This document shows, in pieces, positions 25,810 to 40,412 of a stretch of DNA of 64,000 nucleotides (positions are counted from its first letter, which is position 1; every line of letters begins with the position of its first letter). The DNA comes from Octopus vulgaris. Its lineage: Eukaryota. A model generated the notes under the pieces. That model ran no database searches. It had not been told where the DNA came from and was given only the letters and a program-made list of their open reading frames with translations. The stretch spans positions 36,022,001 through 36,086,000 of the forward strand of contig OX597830.1 of assembly GCA_951406725.2 (NCBI GenBank), read 5' to 3'. A program made the position numbers and the translations under genes.

Positions 25810-25944
25810 GATAGAGATAGATAGATATGTCGACAGATAGATATTTGTAGACAGATAGACAGACAGATAGACAGACAGACAGACAGACAGGCAGACAGAC
25901 AGACAGTGAGATAGATATGTAGACAGACAAACAGACAGAAAGTG

Positions 25945-26010
<66 letters not shown>

Positions 26011-26072
26011 TTAGATATGTAGACAGATAGATAGACAGTGTGTGTGTGTGTGTGTGTAAATATATAGATTTA

Positions 26073-26320
26073 CATTCTTTCCTTTATTTGCTTCAGTCAT
26101 TAGACTGCGGCCGTGCTGGAGCACCACCTTCAAGAAAGTTTAATCGAATGAATCGATCTCAATACTAGTTTTATTCTTTTTTATTTTGTTTTTTTTTTCT
26201 TCTTAAGTCTGATACTTTTTCTACCGTTCTGTTTAACCGAACCGCAAATTTATTAGAACGTAAACACCGGCTGCCAGGCGGTGGTGAGGGACAATCAGAA
26301 ATCAAACACATACACACAGA
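26073..26320 (-). mobile_element. 3' half of SINE family D
   Basis: TTCAGTCATTAGACTGCGGCCGTGCTGGAGCACC..CGTAAACAC matches 62184-62380 and, inverted, 42050-42267. Confidence 0.7.
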
Positions 26321-26919
26321 CATGTGTGTGTGTGTGTGTGTGTTAGTTATTGCGTATGTGCGTGCGAGCATGTGTGTGTGTGTGTGTGTGTATCTGTGTG
26401 TGTATAGTTTTCAGGATAGAATCAAGTATTTAAATAACAAAGGCTCCAGTGTGGAGTCGGGAATAGCGTACCTGTGCACTAACACTGTGTACGGACACAC
26501 AACTACTTGCTGAAGTATATGCGGATTCGTTGCCCCTAGTGATGCATACATTCGCAAGTATAGACCAAAATACACAATGTGTACTCAAATTCACACAGGA
26601 GTACACTCCGGCACGTGTTTCATAGGCTCAAGATTCAACACAGGGAAGGGTTCGAGTGTAGTGAAGTATAAAAAGTTAACATAGAAGGATTGAGGTTCAC
26701 TACAACAGTTTCAGACATGTTTTTATTTAATGAACAAAATTATTACATCATGTAAAAAGAAAAAAAACTTTTTCTTCAGGTGAATTAAGAGTAAAGATTA
26801 ACATTTAAGGTTTTTCACATAAATAGCGCATAATGCAAATTGACCCTTCCATCTTGGTTACGACTGACACAGTCAGCTAGCATTCCGTGAAAATTTCAAA
26901 CCATTATTATCATTATTGA

Positions 26920-27318
26920 GAAGACAGTGAGTTGGCAGAGTTGTTACTGCACCGAGGATTGCGTCCATCTATGCGTTCTAAGTTCAAATTCCGCTGAGGT
27001 CGATTTTGCCTTCCATCCTTTCGTTGTCAATAAAATAAGTAGCGATGGGAATTTCAGGTTGTGCGCCTATAATAGAAAGTAGTAGTAGTAGTAGTAGTAG
27101 GAGGAGGAGGAGGAGGAGGAGGAGTAAGACGGCGAGCTGGCAGAATCGCTAGCACGCCCCGGGTAATATGCTTTGCGATATTTCGTCCTTCGCAGGCCGA
27201 CTTTACCTTTCATTCTTTAGGGGTCGATAAAATAAGTACCATTTGAACACTGGGATCGATCTAATCGACTCCTTCCCTCCCCCAAAATTGCTGTCTTTGT
27301 GACAAAATTTGAGACCGC
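26920..27318 (+). mobile_element. Two tandem SINE family A copies followed by (ATT)n
   Basis: Heads at about 26920 and 27127, core motifs present. Confidence 0.75.
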
Positions 27319-27378
<60 letters not shown>

Positions 27379-28125
27379 TATCGGTATTGTTGTTACTATC
27401 CTCAACATCATCATTATAAGAATTTTTTCATTGCCATTTATGTCTGTGTATTACAAATCACCGGGCGGTGGAAGCGAAATTCGTTGTTTGCTGATGAAAA
27501 ATTTTATGACCAAAATCTCTGTTCAGCTTTGAAGTTTGGTTTTCCTTTCAGTGAGGAAAGATTTTACAGTAGAAAAGCAACATAATTTTATTGCAGACCA
27601 AAGTCTTTTGCTAAAGTCCAAAAGTCAATAATATAAGTTCGCAACCAATTATCATCTGACGCCAAATTCCTCCATTTTGCCCAAGTCGAGTGACATAAAC
27701 ACAACGTAAAATAAAAATTGGAAAATATCAATCCTCCATAAATTCTAAAATGCCAGAATGCATGCTGGGATCATTGGACATCGAGGAAAAGAAATTTTCT
27801 TCGTTGAATTCTTCGAATTGATGTAGCAGAAATTGTGTAAAAGGCCATGAGAAAGAGAGATCAGTTAGTTAAGGTAAGAAGCCTTATCGTAATTGCTCAG
27901 CTCGCTGAGAAGGGCTACTAAATACCGTGCAATTGACAGATGTACGAGAAAAGAGGCTAGAGAAAAAGAAAGGTCGCATTAGTTTACACTCTGCAGCTAA
28001 GTGTGTGCATCTGTGTATATTTATATCAATATAATTATTCATGTGTATATCTTGTGTGTTTTATGTATCTCATGTATGGATACATATATACAGATATATG
28101 CATAAATGCAAAAATATATGCCCAA

Positions 28126-28193
<68 letters not shown>

Positions 28194-28301
28194 CACTTGT
28201 ATGTGTATAGGTACTTATATATGCGTGTGTGTGGATATATGCATATTTATATATAATACATTTATATACATGTAAACATGTGTATATAGATAGATATTTA
28301 A

Positions 28302-28335
<34 letters not shown>

Positions 28336-28352
28336 GTATGTGTGTAGGTACT

Positions 28353-28384
<32 letters not shown>

Positions 28385-28508
28385 GTTATATATATACAGG
28401 TATTTAGTATATGCATATATATGTGTACACAAACATACCCACACATATAGATACATGTATATACATTTATATATATATGTGTGTGTGTATGTGTATGCAT
28501 AAGTGTAT

Positions 28509-28574
<66 letters not shown>

Positions 28575-28966
28575 ATATATATATATATATGTGCGTGTGC
28601 ATGCATATATGTGTTTATATATATGAAAGTATATGAAAGAATCACGCTGAAGAGGGAGACTGAAGGATGAAATGTGTGGTTTGGGTGTAGAAGGGCAGAA
28701 GAGCGGTTTGGTGCTGCAATGATAGAGGTGGAAGGAATATTTCAGTAACTTTTCGTAATTACGATACAATCACTGTGTAACCGGTAATAATTCGACGTTT
28801 TCATAGAAAGTCATAAATTTAGAAGTTAGTTTTCCGGAAAAATAACTTAGATTCGACGGCACTAATGTTATTTGATATGAGTCACTATTCCCGCTTCTTC
28901 GAACAAACTTTCTGCCTGTGAGTTTGTGATATACATGCACGCATACACACACGGTTATTTATATAT

Positions 28967-29037
<71 letters not shown>

Positions 29038-29653
29038 CAATATGCATTTATCTTATATATGTATTATGTATGTATGTATGTATGTATGTATGTATGTATT
29101 TATGTATGTAGGCATATATGTATTGGAAAACGCGGCAAAGCATTTGAGATATCCAGATATAACTGCCCAACAAAATTACTTAAAATTAGCCGTGACACCT
29201 TTACCACCAACAACAATCAGCGAACGAATTCCACTACTGCGACCGCTACTCTAGGCATCACCATTCACGTCCCCACCCCCATGACAACGACAATGACAAC
29301 AACAATAATGATGACTATGATATACATCATTACCAGCCTCCAATACCACCGCTATTGGCGTAGCCTCCTCTTTCATATCATCGGCCATTTTTGCTGTAGA
29401 AAAGCAGATATTAGAAATGATGGTGTTTGTCTGACGTTTTATCAGTCAATAAATGATAAACAGTCGAAAATGAAAGTAAAAGCGAAAGCGATAGTAAAAC
29501 AAACGAGAGCAAATGTACGCATAAATAACGAAAGAAAACAAAAGAGAGGAAAAGAAGAAAGAAGAAAGAAGAATTTGGAATTTGCTGGAATTTGAGAAAT
29601 TAGTTATCTATTTTCGGTAGCAATCCATAACAAATGTTTCATTTGAACATTTA

Positions 29654-29780
<127 letters not shown>

Positions 29781-29838
29781 TATATGTATGTATGTGTATA
29801 TATGTATATAAATATATATATATATACATACATATATT

Positions 29839-29872
<34 letters not shown>

Positions 29873-30850
29873 CAGATACATATAAAAATACATACATATA
29901 AACGTATATACATATATATATACACAAACATATACATATATATATATATACATACAGGCATATGAGCATACATACATGCATGCATACATACATACACATT
30001 ATCAGATATTGAACAGTGCATTCTTATGAAAAACATTTTTACAGGAGAATTTAGTGCGATAAATCCTCGAAATATATAAGTGCTTAACACTCGCACCAAA
30101 CAAATCTTTCTCCTTCAGTAATCTCCATTTGCTTTACACACAAACTCGACTCTTCATCTTTGTCATTTATTTTTATTATTTGTTCATATTTATGTATTCT
30201 TCTTCGCTTTTGTCCATGTCTCTATCTTATTTCATTATCTCCCTTCACTGAATTTACTCTTGTCCATCTCTGAAGTTCTCTATCGCGCGTTGCCTATATT
30301 GAATAGTTAGGTGAGCGACCAGCTATTAAGAGCCATGCTTCACATTAGGAATGCGCATTGATAATACATCCATTTACTAATACATATACAACATCTTGTA
30401 AAGCGATATGATTGAATATAATATACTATTAATATATTATATAATAGTTTAACGTAGCAACTATGAGAGAAATGTATCTGTTATTTTGGTGAAAATTTAT
30501 TTGCAGAAAGTCCGGCGTATTTTTTGTTTCGTTAGTAGTATTAATGCGTAGGAACCGATTTCTCCATGCGCTACATTTACATAAATATGTGGTTGTGTGT
30601 ATACATACATGCAAACACATATGTGCATATATATGCATAACATGTAGACGCACACGCATGCATTTATATATATATATATATATATATATACATTTATATA
30701 TGTGTGTGTATGTATGTATGTAAACAAGAATAGTGTGAGCAACTGTTTTTATTACATCAATTTACATTGTTTCATCTGAATTCGATGTCACGAATATTGC
30801 TCTATTTATATGTGAATGAAATTATCATTATCATCATAATCATCATCATC

Positions 30851-30904
<54 letters not shown>

Positions 30905-30914
30905 ATTATCATAA

Positions 30915-31120
30915 CAGGCAGAATCGTTAGCACGCGGGGAAAAAATACTTAGCGAAACTTCGTCCGTCTTTGCGTTGTGTGTTCAAATTCCACTGAGATC
31001 GACTCTCTGCTCTTCTCCTTTCGGTGCCGATAAAATAAGTACCAGTTGAGCATAGGAGTCAGTGTACTCGACTTACTCCCTCCCCAAAATTTCTGGCTTT
31101 CCACCAAGATTTGAAACCAT
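30915..31120 (+). mobile_element. SINE family A
   Basis: GGCAGAATCGTTAGCACG..GTTCAAATTCC..GATAAAATAAGTACCAG. Confidence 0.8.
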
Positions 31121-31166
31121 CATTGGTCTTGCTGTTGTTTTTCCTCTTCTTCTTTTTCTTCTTCTT

Positions 31167-31273
<107 letters not shown>

Positions 31274-31277
31274 CATT

Positions 31278-31598
31278 CAGTAGTTTTATTTTTATAGCGT
31301 GCTTTCACTTCACTACCGAGCACAGCTCTGTGTGCCTTGGGTATGTGCTGTGATTTGTTGTGATGCTCTGATGGTTATTGTATGGAAAGTGTTCTGCGTA
31401 GGATGTGTGCAGTGCCTAGTAGTGCAATTTTCTGTATGTTATATGTATTTGTAAGTCCTGGTGTTTTTGTTATGTATTTGTCTGAATATTTTTTTATCAT
31501 GCCTAATGCACCTACTATGATAGGAATTGTTTCTGTTTTCAGATTCCACATTCTAGTTACCTCTATTTCCAGGTCTTTGTATTTTGAGAGTTTCTCCA

Positions 31599-31599
<1 letters not shown>
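31278..31599 (-). mobile_element. R4/Dong-type RLE LINE family 1, 3' fragment in (TAA)n
   Basis: ORF EKLSKYKDLEIEVTRMWNLKTETIPIIVGALG..LLGTAHILRRTLSIQ* plus a short UTR. (ATT)n on both sides. Confidence 0.88.
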
Positions 31600-31668
<69 letters not shown>

Positions 31669-31669
<1 letters not shown>

Positions 31670-33050
31670 TATGTTTGACTTTTGCTTTATATTTGTACAA
31701 GTTGGCTCCAAGTCTCACCCAGAGACCTCAAGAGACAACAGGTTGGAAGTTCATGTTGTTGTTATGCCTAGCGTGCCATATATTTGGGGGGGAGAGTTTT
31801 TGGTGTTGTACTAATGAATGTCTAAAAACAAAAATTTTTTTAAAAAACCGAAAATTATGTTTGTTTTAAACCCTGAGATTACATAGAGAGTATTTTGCGT
31901 AGGATATGAGCAGTTCCCATGAGCACTATCTTTTGAACTTCTGCCATTTTTGGGTTTCCTGGTATCTGAGTTAGGTAGCTATCAGCCCCTTTTGCTATCA
32001 TTCCCAGGGCACCTATGACAACAGGTATTGTTTTAGTCTTCAGCTTCCACATTTTGCTGATTTCTATTTCAAGATCTTTATATTTGCTCAGTTTTTGGTA
32101 GGTCTTGACAGATACGTTTATATCGATTGGGACAGTCATATCAATGAGGAGGCATGTTCTTTGTTTGAAGTTTTTCAATATGATGTCTGGCCTATTTGCA
32201 TCTATCTTCCTGTCAGTTTGAATGGTGAAGTTCCAGAGGAGTGAGATGTGGTCATTTTCAAGCACTGGGGTGGTTTGTGTTCCCACCAGTTTTTTTCATG
32301 GGGCAAATCCAGGTTTTTACAGATTACCCAGTGAATATATTGTGCAGCTCTATCGTGCCTGTTGAGATACTCTGTAGGCGCTAGAAGACTGCACTTGGAG
32401 ACCACATGGTCAATGGTTTCATTTTGTTGCTTGCATACACGACACGTTGGACTGCTTCTGATCTTTAATATGTTGGCCTGGTAGTTTCTTGTTGGTAGGC
32501 ATTGATCTTGAGCTGCTATGATAAACCCCTCTGTTTCAGATTTTAAGCCAGAGGCCATTAGCCATTGATGGGTCAGGGCTTTGTCGATATCTGCATTATT
32601 TGCTCTCTTTGGGTATTTGCCATAGAGAGGTTTTTCTTGCCATTTATTATTCAGAATATCTAAGGCCGCAGTTTTGGCACGGGTTTTCATGCGCCTAGCT
32701 TTTTCTGTGCTTGTTTCTTGTATATCTATCTCCGAAATTGGTTGTATTCGGAATTCACTTAGATATTCCTTTGCCTGTTTTGTGACTGAGTATGATGCTT
32801 TCTTGTTTTCATGTTTTGAGACAAGTTTTAGCATCCAGTCCTCAGAGTTTTTCAGGTAGGTGTCTAGGCCAATTGTAGCAATCTTCATTGTTATTGCCAG
32901 TTGCAAAAGACCACGGCCTCCCTCTTTTCTTGGCAGATAGAGTCGTTCTGTATCTGCCTTAGGGTGGTGCATTCTATGCATTGTCAACAGTTTCCTTATT
33001 TTTCTGTCGAGCTGACATATTTCAGTAATTGACCAGTTAACAATATTGAA
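31669..33050 (-). mobile_element. R4/Dong-type RLE LINE family 2, 5'-truncated, in (TAA)n
   Basis: RLYLPRKEGGRGL, CRVCKQQNETIDHVVSKC (CCHC), RHD, RPDII..LIDMTVP, KLSKYKDL. One frameshift near 32270. Confidence 0.93.
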
Positions 33051-33099
<49 letters not shown>

Positions 33100-33100
<1 letters not shown>

Positions 33101-33655
33101 TATGTTTGACTTTTGCTTTATATTTGTACAAGTTGGCTCCAAGTCTCACCCAGAGACCTCAAGAGACAACAGGTTGGAAGTTCATGTTGTTGTTATGCCT
33201 AGTGTGCCATATATTTGGGGGGGGGGAGTTTTTGGTGTTGTACTAATGAATGTCTAAAAACAAAAATTTTTTTAAAAAACCGAAAATTATGTTTGTTTTA
33301 AACCCTGAGATTACATAGAAAGTATTTTGCGTAGGATATGAGCAGTTCCCATGAGCACTATCTTTTGAATTTCTGCCATTTTGTGGTTTCCTGGTATCTG
33401 AGTTAGGTAGCTATCAGCCCCTTTTGCTATCATTCCCAGGGCACCTATGACAACAGGTATTGTTTTAGTCTTCAGGTTCCACATTTTGCTGATTTCTATT
33501 TCAAGATCTTTATATTTGCTCAGTTTTTGGTAGGTCTTGACAGATACGTTTATATCGATTGGGACAGTCATATCAATGAGGAGGCATGTTCTTTGTTTGA
33601 AGTCTTTCAATATGATGTCTGGCCTATTTGCATCTATCTTTCTGTCAGTTTGAAT
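33100..33655 (-). mobile_element. R4/Dong-type RLE LINE family 2, shorter copy, in (TAA)n
   Basis: Near-identical to 31669-32223, with the same 3' junction. Confidence 0.93.
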
Positions 33656-33662
33656 TATTTTG

Positions 33663-33710
<48 letters not shown>

Positions 33711-34122
33711 TCTTTTTCTTCTTCTCCTCCTTCTTCTTCTTCTCCTCCTTCTTCTTCTCCTCCTCCTCCTCCTACTTCTTCTTCTTCTTCTTTGTTTTGT
33801 TACTTTTAATAGGAAGAATTTAAAAAGTGACTCAAGGGCCGAGCGTTTCATGTCTGGCATCAACAGTTTGACTCGTGCCTCTCACGAAAGACTCGGGTTA
33901 GGTCACTTTAGAAGTTCAAGCGGTGAAACTATTAATATACATATACTCTTGTACTGGGTTCTATTTATTCTGTTCTACGATGGCTCTGTGTGCATGTGCA
34001 TCTGTGTGTGCGTATGTGAGTGTGTGTGTGTGTGTGCGTGCGTGCGAGCGTGTGTATGCGTGCCTGCGTGTCTGCGTGCGTACGTGTGTGTATGTGTGTG
34101 TGTGTGTTTGTGTGTGTGTTTG

Positions 34123-34157
<35 letters not shown>

Positions 34158-34456
34158 CACAAGAACGGAATTAAATATTCGACAGGCTGATATTGATTTG
34201 TGATTACCAGAAAGCCGTAGTGCGGCCAGGTCATAGAGATTTCCAACAGAAGAAAGGAGAAGAAGGTTATGGATCATGTTGCAGCGATCTGTCTGTAAAC
34301 AGAGTCTGGTACAAGGCAGGATATATTTAACTAATCGAACACTGAAGCTGGGTTTAGCGCTAGGGCTCAAACATACGATAGATGGGCTAAGTTTCTACTG
34401 TTAGATTTGATTCGTTATATTTGTAATCATTTACTGTTTGATATAAGTATATTCTA

Positions 34457-35045
34457 AGGTGGCGAGCTGGCAGAATCGTTTGCACGCCGGTTGTAATGTT
34501 TAGTGGTATTTCGTCTGCCTCTGAGTTCAAATTCCGCCGAGGTCGACTTTGCCTTTCATCCTTTCGGGGTCGATTAAATAAGTAAGTACCAGTTACGCAC
34601 TGGGGTCGATGTAATCGACTTAATCCATTTGTCTGTCCTTGTTTGTCCTCTCTGTGTTTAGCTCCTTGTGTGTAGTAAAGAAATAGGTATTTCGTCTGCC
34701 GCTACGTTCTGAGTTCAAATTCCGCCGAGGTTGACTATTAAATAAATACCAGTTACGCACTGAGATCGATATAATCGACTTAATCCGTTTGTCTGCCCTT
34801 GTTTGTCCCCTCTGTGTGTAGCTCCTTGTGAGCAATAAAGAAATAAGAAACGTTAGCACGCCGGGCGAAATGCTTAGCGGTATTTCATTTATGTTTACCT
34901 TCTGAGTTTAAATTCCGCTGAGGTCGACTTTGCCTTTCATCCTTTCGGGGTCGATAAAATAAATACCATTTGAAAACTGGGGTCGATCTAAGTGACTGAA
35001 CACCTCCTCAAAGATTTCGGGCCTTATGCTTAGAATACAAAAGAA
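34457..35045 (+). mobile_element. Trimeric SINE family A
   Basis: A full unit followed by two units that restart internally (at GGTATTTCGTC and AGAAACGTTAGCAC). Confidence 0.88.
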
Positions 35046-36229
35046 TATAAGTATATCGCGAAACCTCAAATTCGGTTAAAGATTAACATCCTGTATTATA
35101 TTTGGGATATCTTTATCTTATCAATATAGAACACAAATCCATTGGACGTAGGTCGTCCTTCCTATTTTCAAAAATAAGCAATCAATGCCTCAACCAGAGA
35201 CGAGACATAACTACAAAGTAAACTACTTTTACCCCATAACATATATTACCAGTCGGAAATGGTCCTCATACTGACAAGAATTTAGATTTTAGTAATTTGC
35301 CCGGCTTAATGGGTTAAGAATAATTCGGCTCGCACCACTGCTTCAGTTCTTTATTTTGTTGTTTATCATAACCGAACTCTACCTCACAGTCATGCATTTT
35401 GTGAATATGTACTGATGAGTAATAAAAGTATCGAAACTGCGAATGTAGATGATGGGTGGAAAAAAACATGTATGACGGAAGAAAACGGCAATATAGAATA
35501 TTTAACATTAACTATATTTCAGCCTTTACGTCATGCTTAATATTGATGGTTAATACCGAAGGCTGGGGAAAGGGGATAATCCTATTCGCAAATATAATAC
35601 CCGAAAGTTCACACGGTGAACAATGACAATAAATTATTTAACAATGAATTATTCATTAAACAATAAAATATATCTGCTATTCCGAAAATATAAATGATAT
35701 AAAATAATTTGTATTAAAAAGGAGGAGGAAGAGAAGATTTTTCGGGTGAATTTTACAAGATATTCTATCTAACGACAGAAGCATCCCAGATTTACCTCAT
35801 TCTGGAGCAACAATTCTAAGTACGAATACGTTTGTCTCTGCTGCCCGGGTATAAGTAAATTTATACTGTTGATCGGTGACAGGGTTTGGCCACACAGTAA
35901 CATAATTCTACTGAACAACAGATCTTGATTTCATTTATAACAAACAAAAGTCAACAGCTTGTATGATACAATAAATATTACTCTATGATATAATAAATAT
36001 CATTATAGTACCAGTGGAAATTCAACTCTCATTTCGAAAACTATGAGGTTGGGTAAAATTTATAAAGAACAGTCATCTTTTTGACTCAGTTTTTTTAATG
36101 ATGCGTTTGATGTTGTAAAGGCCACATTAGTAATACTAGAAGTACTTTGCTATAAACTTGTCATCTCTTGAAACTTCGGAGTTGTTATTTATTATTTTAA
36201 TCTTAAACTTCACAAAGTAATTATGCTAA

Positions 36230-36740
36230 AGGGAATAACGTACAACTACCCATGAGGAAATACTGGTTCACTTCTTTCTGACTAGGCTTATGATAATATA
36301 TTACCAAAATTAAGGAAAATTCTGCTGGATTTGAACACAGAATTATAAAAAGCCGGAACAAATACTCCAAGTATTTTACTCCGGTGCTCAAACGATTTTA
36401 GCAATTCTCCGCTTTCACTAAAAAAAAAAGAACAAAGAAAAAAGAGACACGACTTAATTCAATAATACATTTTATTCTTACGTCTCTACTACACCACTGC
36501 TCATTTGTACTAATAGATACAATTTCAAAATTTAGCACTATACCATAAATATTAAGAATGCCTAGTCAATTTCGAACTGGTACTGCACTGGTATTTCACT
36601 GCTGCATAATTTATCGAACCCGGAATAATTAAAGTTTAGCTCAAACTTGGCCGCATTTGAACACAGGACATAAAGATATGTAACTAAATACTGAACGCTA
36701 TTTTGTCTGGGGTTCTCGAGGTACTTCTTTCAACCGCACT
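36230..36740 (-). mobile_element. Two highly degraded SINE family A copies
   Basis: GGATTTGAACACAGAA..AAATAC and TTTATCGAACCCGGAA..CATTTGAACACAG remnants. Confidence 0.5.
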
Positions 36741-37554
36741 TTCTTCAATAGTAGTGTATATTTTCAAGTACCGAGGAGTACCAGATATTCTAAGGTACTT
36801 GACAATATGAAGTCCTAGCGGTAAAAAAAAAATATTTGTGGTACTTCAAACTTCCTGCAATTCCGAACGATATGAGTTGCAATAAATCGAAACTTTCATT
36901 TAAAAGTAATACGATATTAATTTTTGACATGCTAGAAAGAGTTAAAACTAAGTAACACCATTCGCTTATTTATCTGTTGCTTCCAGATCGTGGAGTCCGC
37001 CATAATGGTACTTATTAGATTGTGAAACATTTCGCAGAGTTATTGAAGTGTGCATATATTTGTGTGTTAAATTGTGCAAGAACCAACTAACACTTATGCT
37101 ATGGTTTAGGATAAGGTAAGAATTTAAAGATTCCAGCACAGATAAGGTGAGGCAGAAGAATAATTATTATCCACTACACTCACAGACCATATGTTACAAA
37201 TTAATTTGTCTTAAACTTTGACCAATGAGCTGATTTCATCTTAACGCTGTTTTGATTGGCTCTTACCTTGCTCTAATTGGTTCGGGTTGCTAAGCCATTC
37301 ATTCATGCCTTATTCGAAATACACGCTCTTGCACATGCACATGACCACGTACGCACTCACACACAGAAACACCTAATCGAGCACAAAAGTTTAAACATAT
37401 ACATACGCACCTGTATACGCTTACTCATATATATGTACATACGTATATGTAAGACAGTACGTCTGAAATTATATACGCATATGCATATATACATACATAC
37501 AAGCATACATACATACATAATACTTACTTACATACATACATATATATATTTATA

Positions 37555-37632
<78 letters not shown>

Positions 37633-37739
37633 AGAGAGAGAGAGAGAGAGAGAAACATATATTCGTGTGCTTTTGTGTGTATATTTACGCACACATGTAT
37701 ATGCATATATATTTATATGTGTATGAGCACCTATTTCTT

Positions 37740-37785
<46 letters not shown>

Positions 37786-37809
37786 TACATATATATACAT
37801 ATATATATA

Positions 37810-37860
<51 letters not shown>

Positions 37861-38540
37861 ATATTTGTAAGAGAGAGAGAGAGAAGCAACTGCAATAACT
37901 AAATAGGTAAGTATAAAGATATGAACCTTGCACGAATGCAAAACCTCTCTCTCATCTTCTTGTTCTGTCCCTTATCCGATATACATTCATATATATATAT
38001 ATCTCTTTACATATCCATACACACACATATTTTATACGTGTCTACATGTGGATGGTTGAGAGGATAGTTTAGGGACCAGCAGCGATTTATGATCTGATCT
38101 TGATATTGTAAAACTGAGCTCTCAGCTGAACCAAATTCAACTCACCACGAATAGGTAGGAAATACAATTTGTTCTAGATTAGAAAATTTTAACTCCAAAG
38201 AAAGACGATAGAATTGTACCTCGCTAAATGCGCCGATAGTCCTTTATGGCCCACCAAATGTGAGATAATACACAGCAGTAATGAATTATAAAAATTTGCG
38301 TCGCTTTCTTCGGCACTACGGATGGAAACTGAATAAATAGGTAAGACACAAATCATATTGCTTGTCCAGACATAGGCAAACAAGGACACTAAGACGATTA
38401 CATATATGCACTGGGTGCCTCTTGCAGTGAAGAAATATGTTCCAGTTCACACTACACCGAAGCTAGATACCTTTAGTTGGGCGGTTTTTATCATGTGAAC
38501 CCACGTAATTTCATTTTTTCTTTGTTTTTATTTTCTCATA

Positions 38541-39400
38541 TATATAATAATGAAATTGTTGTGTACAGTGTTCAGGTGCACCACAACAAAAAAAAGGCAC
38601 TAGGTATACTGTTTGTGCATTTCAGGACGCATGGAAGTTTTGAAGGATGTAGTGTTTCGACAGCTAACAACTGATGCAGGTAGTCTATTCCATGCTTCAA
38701 CAATTTTGAGCGTGAAAAACTGTTTCCCAAAGTCATGGGTACTGTGTATTTTTTCATTTATTTTGTAAGCATGTCCATGATTCAAAAAGGTGCCTAAGGT
38801 TGTTGTTGGAAAGATGGTGGATAATCTTGAGGGTGTCTACCAAGTCAGTTACCAGAGGCTGGAGCTTTAATGTGTCCATTCCAAGAGCAGCCAGACGTTC
38901 AGAGTACAGTAGGTGCATGACTGCGGATATCCGTTTAGTTTCACGTTTCTGAACAGTTTCCAGGGGATTGATTTGCTGAGCCAGATAGGAATTCCGTACC
39001 GGTGATACAAACTCTAAGTGTGGACGTACCATAGTCTTATACAGTTTTAAATAGAAAGCTGTAGAGCGGCTAACAAAGGTCTTACTGAATGATGCCAGGA
39101 CACCGTCAGCCTTCTTGACAATCTTCGAGATGTGATTAGACCAACACAGATCGCTGTTTACAACAATACCCAGATCATGTTCACTAACAGATTTCTTAAG
39201 ATTGGTGTTGTTGAGGGAGTATGTAAAAGATGGGTTTTTCCTCCCAAAATGCATAGTGACGCATTTGTTCACAGCCAGCTTCAGTTTCCAGTCAGTAATC
39301 CATTAATGCATTGTGTCCAGGTCCGATTGCAGAAAAGAACTATAGTGCATATGATCTGTTCGTTTATCTCAAGATGTCATATGCATACTTCAACACTATA
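38541..39400 (-). pseudogene. CR1-like LINE 3' fragment (decayed RT C-terminus)
   Basis: KYAYD (YADD relic), LQSDLD, NKCVTMHFG, DLGIVV, LYKTMVRPHLEF, LETVQKR, YSERLAALG, FF..IVEAWNRLP. Short ATT tail. Confidence 0.85.
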
Positions 39401-40008
39401 ACATTCTTAGGCTTATTACTATGTGTTTTATTTTTCCTTGCTATGAATATGTCACTTATCCAGGTTGAAATGTTGGCACAATTTGGGAACAATTTGTATA
39501 AACTTTATGAATTACGTTGTAAGCAGCCATATTGTCAGTCCTTAGTGTAACTATTTAACGGTTCTATTAAATGTCACATACACAAACTTCACGCCACTTA
39601 CACACACACACACGCATAAACATACACATATATATGCATGAATATTTGTTTTTCTTTGAACTCAGGGAAACTTATGCGTATACTATGTGTTACTGTGTCT
39701 GTGTAGAGTGTTTACAGGTGTATGTTAGAGTGTGTGAGTATATCTGAGGAGGTGGGAGGCAGAGGGCGCTTCAGATGATTCATCGTTTTGGATAAGTTTT
39801 GGATAAGTTTCAAGTTATGATGTTAATGAATAATAAAGTGTTTTACTTCTTTGCGCAATACAAACTACGCAAAATATGTAAAAATGAAATTAGATTAAAT
39901 TAGAAGGAATCATAAAAAGAAAAATTCAGTGATTTTCAACTGACAGAAATTCCCAATTTATTTATGCCATAAGAGTTAATAATTCATTTCCAGCGTATAT
40001 GTGTATGC

Positions 40009-40412
40009 GTGTGTGTATACGCGTATATGTACGGCTCTGTGTGTGTATGTTTTGTGTGTATACGTGCATATCTACGGCTCTGTGTGTATACGTGTATATG
40101 TACGGTTCAATGTGTGTGTGTTTTGTGTGTATACGTGCATATGTACGGTTCTCTGTGTGTATACGCGCAGATGTACGTCTCTGTGTGTGTATACGAGCAT
40201 ATGTACGGCTCTGTGTGTATACGTGCAGATGTACGGTTCTGTGTGTGTATACGTGCATATATATGGCTCTGTGTGTGTATACGTGCATATGTACGGCTTT
40301 GTATGTGTATATGTGCATATGTACGGCTCTGGGTGTATACGTGCATATGTACGGTTCTGTGTGTGTATATGCGCAGATATAGGGTTCTGTGTGTGTATAC
40401 GTGCATATGTGC
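40009..40412. repeat. Minisatellite, ~28-30-bp unit TGTGTGTATACGTGCATATGTACGGYTC, about 13 copies
   Basis: Periodic ATGTACGG motif, direct inspection. Confidence 0.9.

Noticed and set aside
25719-25930. N-terminal extension of the 309-aa ORF (YLSI repeats fused to Tx1)
   Set aside because: Chance in-frame read-through of the (TATC)n array into a truncated LINE.
26700-26782. Possible minus-strand hammerhead (CTGAAGA...GAAACTGTT)
   Set aside because: No convincing stem II could be drawn across the long AT-rich interval.
33051-33149. Apparent start of the 315-aa Dong ORF
   Set aside because: Derived from the 3' UTR of the neighbouring copy plus (TAA)n. Not a real N-terminus.
35050-37260. Unique-looking AT-rich DNA with isolated GTAAG donor-like sites
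   Set aside because: No supportable exon ORF or paired splice signals. Small host exons cannot be excluded without transcripts.
40009-40412. CRISPR-like periodicity of about 30 bp
   Set aside because: Contiguous units without unique spacers, eukaryotic context and no cas genes.
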